64,000 bases of DNA from an uncultured Clostridia bacterium. GTDB lineage: Bacteria > Bacillota > Clostridia > TANB77 > CAG-508. The position numbers and the translations under genes were made by a program. Positions 61,433 to 64,000 of this stretch are shown here, piece after piece. The notes beneath the pieces are model-generated. The model saw nothing but the letters and a program-made list of their open reading frames with translations. It had not been told where the DNA came from and ran no database searches. The stretch covers positions 132,657 through 196,656 of the forward strand of contig CAKPAI010000002.1 in NCBI GenBank assembly GCA_934133005.1, in the 5' to 3' direction. Numbering within the stretch: the stretch's first letter is position 1; each line of letters starts with the position of its first letter.

Positions 61433-63121
61433 TTATATACTATGTCTTATATCTTTTAAGTTTACCTGTATATTTTCAATTCCTCTAAATTCATTTATCT
61501 CTAAGTTTCCAATTATATCTATTTTACTTCCAATTGGATAATCTGTAGCTAAGTTTCCTAAATTGAAACCTATACAATCTATTCTTCTATTCTCATCTTT
61601 TACTGTTAATTTTAAATGCTTTCCTTCAGATAAAGTTCTTATTGATTCTATTTTTACATTATTTATTTGGAATATTGGCATTTTATTTGCTTCACCATAA
61701 GGTTCTAATAATTCTAATGATTTAATATCTTGTATGCTTATCTCTCCCATTGCAATTTTTTGATCTATTTTTATTATTGGTACAATAGAATCTACTTTCA
61801 TCTTCTTTGCATAATTTTCTAATGATTTTTTGAACTCATTAAATTTTTTCGACTCAATAGTTAGTCCTACTGCCATACTGTGTCCACCAAATTGTTTTAT
61901 ATTTTCTTTACAATTTTCTAAAGCTTCGTGTAAATCAAAACCTTGTACACTTCTTCCAGACCCTTTTGCGTCTTCTCCTTCAAAACATAAAAGCAAACTT
62001 GGTTTAGAATACATATCAGTTATTTTTGATGATACAATTCCAATGACTCCGTGATGCCAATTTTGCCCTCCAAGCACTATACAAGGAAGTTCTTGTTCTT
62101 GTTTATTTTCCATCATTACTTGCGCTTCCTTAAAAATTTGCTTTTCTATATCTTGCCTTTGAGTATTGTATTCATTTAATTTTATAGTCAAATTTCTTGC
62201 TTCGTCTAAATTATCTGTCAAAAATAATTTTAAAGCTTCATCTTCATGTCCCATTCTTCCACAAGCATTTATTCGTGGTGCTAGGCCAAATGACACTGCA
62301 GTAGAATCAATTTTTTTATATCCAGTACTTTCTATCAATGCTTTTAATCCTGGATTTTTTGTTTGATTTAATAATCTTAAACCTAACTTTGAAATTGTTC
62401 TATTTTCATCTTCTAATGGAACTATATCTGAAATAGTTCCGACACACACTATATCTAAATATTTTAATGCTTTCTCTTCTGGTAATTCTAGTCTTTTAGA
62501 TATTCCTTGGGCAAGCTTAAATGCTACTCCACAACCAGCTAGGCCATTAAATGGATAAGTATTATCTTTTCTTTTGCAATCAACTACAGCTACCGCTTCT
62601 GGTAATACTTCTCCTGTCTCATGATGATCTGTAACTACGGTATCTATTCCTAAAGACTTGGCAAGTTTAACTTCTTCTATTCCTGTTATTCCACAATCAA
62701 CAGTTATTATCAGACTTGTTCCTTCCTCTGCAATTTTTCTTACTGCATTTTCATTTAGTCCATAACCTTCTGTTATTCTGTTTGGAATATAAATTTTTGT
62801 CTCTAATCCACATTCCTTCAAAAATCTGTGTAAAATACTAGAACTTGTAATCCCATCAACATCATAGTCCCCAAATATTGTTACTTTTTCTTTGTTTTGA
62901 ATTGCCTTTACAACTCTATCTACAGCCTTTTCCATGTCAGGCATTAAAAATGGATCGTGAAAATCCCCTCTTCTTGGACTTAAAAATACTTCTATCTCAT
63001 CATCACTATTCAATCCCTTATTTACTATTGCCTTTGCAACTAACTTACTTATATTGAATTTACTTGCAATTTTTATTGCTTCATCTTCATCTACGTTAAT
63101 TAATTCCCATTTCTTATTCAA
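61433..63121 (-). CDS. recJ: single-stranded-DNA-specific exonuclease RecJ
   Basis: 562 aa. DHH motifs (DYDVDGITS, TDHHE) and a DHHA1 region. Immediately upstream of rel, as in many Firmicutes. Confidence 0.88.
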   Translation of the reverse strand: MNKKWELINVDEDEAIKIASKFNISKLVAKAIVNKGLNSDDEIEVFLSPRRGDFHDPFLMPDMEKAVDRVVKAIQNKEKVTIFGDYDVDGITSSSILHRFLKECGLETKIYIPNRITEGYGLNENAVRKIAEEGTSLIITVDCGITGIEEVKLAKSLGIDTVVTDHHETGEVLPEAVAVVDCKRKDNTYPFNGLAGCGVAFKLAQGISKRLELPEEKALKYLDIVCVGTISDIVPLEDENRTISKLGLRLLNQTKNPGLKALIESTGYKKIDSTAVSFGLAPRINACGRMGHEDEALKLFLTDNLDEARNLTIKLNEYNTQRQDIEKQIFKEAQVMMENKQEQELPCIVLGGQNWHHGVIGIVSSKITDMYSKPSLLLCFEGEDAKGSGRSVQGFDLHEALENCKENIKQFGGHSMAVGLTIESKKFNEFKKSLENYAKKMKVDSIVPIIKIDQKIAMGEISIQDIKSLELLEPYGEANKMPIFQINNVKIESIRTLSEGKHLKLTVKDENRRIDCIGFNLGNLATDYPIGSKIDIIGNLEINEFRGIENIQVNLKDIRHSI

Positions 63122-63190
63122 TGTTTTCTTACCTACTTCTATATTTTCATATATATTTTATAACAAAGCAGTTGAAATTACAAGATGTTA

Positions 63191-63229
63191 TATATAAAAA
63201 GAGCCTAGAATAGTAAACTTCCAGGCTTT
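63191..63229 (-). terminator. rho-independent terminator of lysS
   Basis: AGCCUGGAA-N8-UUCUAGGCU 9-bp stem followed by CUUUUUAUAUA on the minus strand. Confidence 0.55.
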
Positions 63230-63244
63230 TGATATATTTAATAA

Positions 63245-64000
63245 TTAATTTAATGGTTTCATTAAAGGGTATAAAACTACGTCTCTAATGTTATCACTAT
63301 TTGTTAAGAATTGTAGGAATCTATCAATTCCTAATCCCCAACCTGAGATTGGTGGCATACCATATTGCATAGCTCTTATATATTCATTATCTATACTCAT
63401 CGCTTCTTCGTCACCGTTTGCTTTTAATTCTGCTTGTTCAATAAATCTTCTTTCTTGTTCATCACAATCAACAAGTTCTGAATATCCATTAATAATTTCT
63501 TGTCCATTTACTACTAATTGGAATCTATCTGTTATTTTTGGATTTTCATCATTACTTCTTGCAAGTGGTGATAAATCTATTGGATGCTTAATTAAATATG
63601 TTGGATTTATTATGTTTGGTCTACTTACTTTTTTGTATAATGTATCAATTAGATTTCCTCTTCCTAATTGCTCTAGGTTATCTGCTTCTAGCTTGATTCC
63701 TTTTGCTTTTATTTCAGCAAGTAAACTTTCTGCTGTTTCAAATTCATCAATATCAATTCCGCAATCTTTAAGTATTAAATCTCTAAATGATACTATTTGC
63801 CATTCTCCACCAAAGTCAATTTCTTGTTCTCCGATTTTGATATTCAAGTTTCCATCAAATAATTTTGATAATATGTATATAATCATTTCTCTCAAGAATT
63901 TCATATTATCTTTATAGCACCAGTAGGCACTATATCCTTCAACCATTGTGAAGTCTTGTAAATGGTTTGAATCCATTCCTTCATTTCTGAAGTCTCTTGC
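63245..64000 (-). CDS. lysS: lysine--tRNA ligase, class II (partial, 5' end beyond window)
   Basis: Class IIb motif 2/3 region FQLVVNGQEIINGYSELVDCDEQERRF...GMPPISGWGLGIDRF. The frame is open to the window end. Confidence 0.8.
   Translation of the reverse strand, partial: ARDFRNEGMDSNHLQDFTMVEGYSAYWCYKDNMKFLREMIIYILSKLFDGNLNIKIGEQEIDFGGEWQIVSFRDLILKDCGIDIDEFETAESLLAEIKAKGIKLEADNLEQLGRGNLIDTLYKKVSRPNIINPTYLIKHPIDLSPLARSNDENPKITDRFQLVVNGQEIINGYSELVDCDEQERRFIEQAELKANGDEEAMSIDNEYIRAMQYGMPPISGWGLGIDRFLQFLTNSDNIRDVVLYPLMKPLN

Overview
This is a very AT-rich Firmicutes-type chromosomal segment. Almost every gene lies on the minus strand. The window also carries genes for a peptidoglycan wall and sporulation-lineage markers: murC, an M23 peptidase, htrA, spoVG and a SpoIIP homolog.

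Positions 1-12,946 hold the 3' part of the conserved S10-spc-alpha ribosomal protein cluster: rpsJ-rplC-rplD-rplW-rplB-rpsS-rplV-rpsC-rplP-rpmC-rpsQ-rplN-rplX-rplE-rpsZ-rpsH-rplF-rplR-rpsE-rplO-secY-adk-map-infA-rpmJ. No rpmD (L30) is present, and L24 carries a Cys4 variant of its C-terminal tail. A consensus sigma-A promoter followed by a leader with an attenuator-like hairpin precedes rpsJ.

Downstream lie a frameshifted small alarmone synthetase gene (RelQ/SAS-like, split in an A7 run), spoVG, murC and a transglutaminase-like membrane protein. These are followed by an acyl-ACP thioesterase, a radical-SAM activase-like protein and an E2-acyltransferase-like protein whose catalytic His is replaced by Glu. 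A 774-aa coiled-coil orphan, rnhB, htrA, an M23 peptidase, thrS behind a clear Thr T-box leader, and pgi complete this part.

The most unusual region is a roughly 25-kb, tightly packed, same-strand locus (30,535-55,753), built as follows:
- Two giant membrane-anchored surface proteins (3484 aa and 1950 aa) and a 510-aa paralog, all with FN3-like repeats.
- An F1-like ATPase module in canonical atp order: c-like, b/delta-fusion-like, alpha, gamma, beta, epsilon.
- Three small membrane proteins.
- The module has no a subunit, its c-like protein lacks the ion-binding carboxylate, and its epsilon lacks the C-terminal helical domain.

This looks like a non-ion-translocating F1-like ATPase machine coupled to giant surface proteins. 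It recalls the mycoplasma Type 2/Type 3 F1-like ATPases (gliding motor, MIB-MIP system), but here it sits in a walled Firmicute. The window ends with spoIIP, hisS, an MBL-fold hydrolase, rel, recJ and a partial lysS. No CRISPR array, transposase or integrase was seen.
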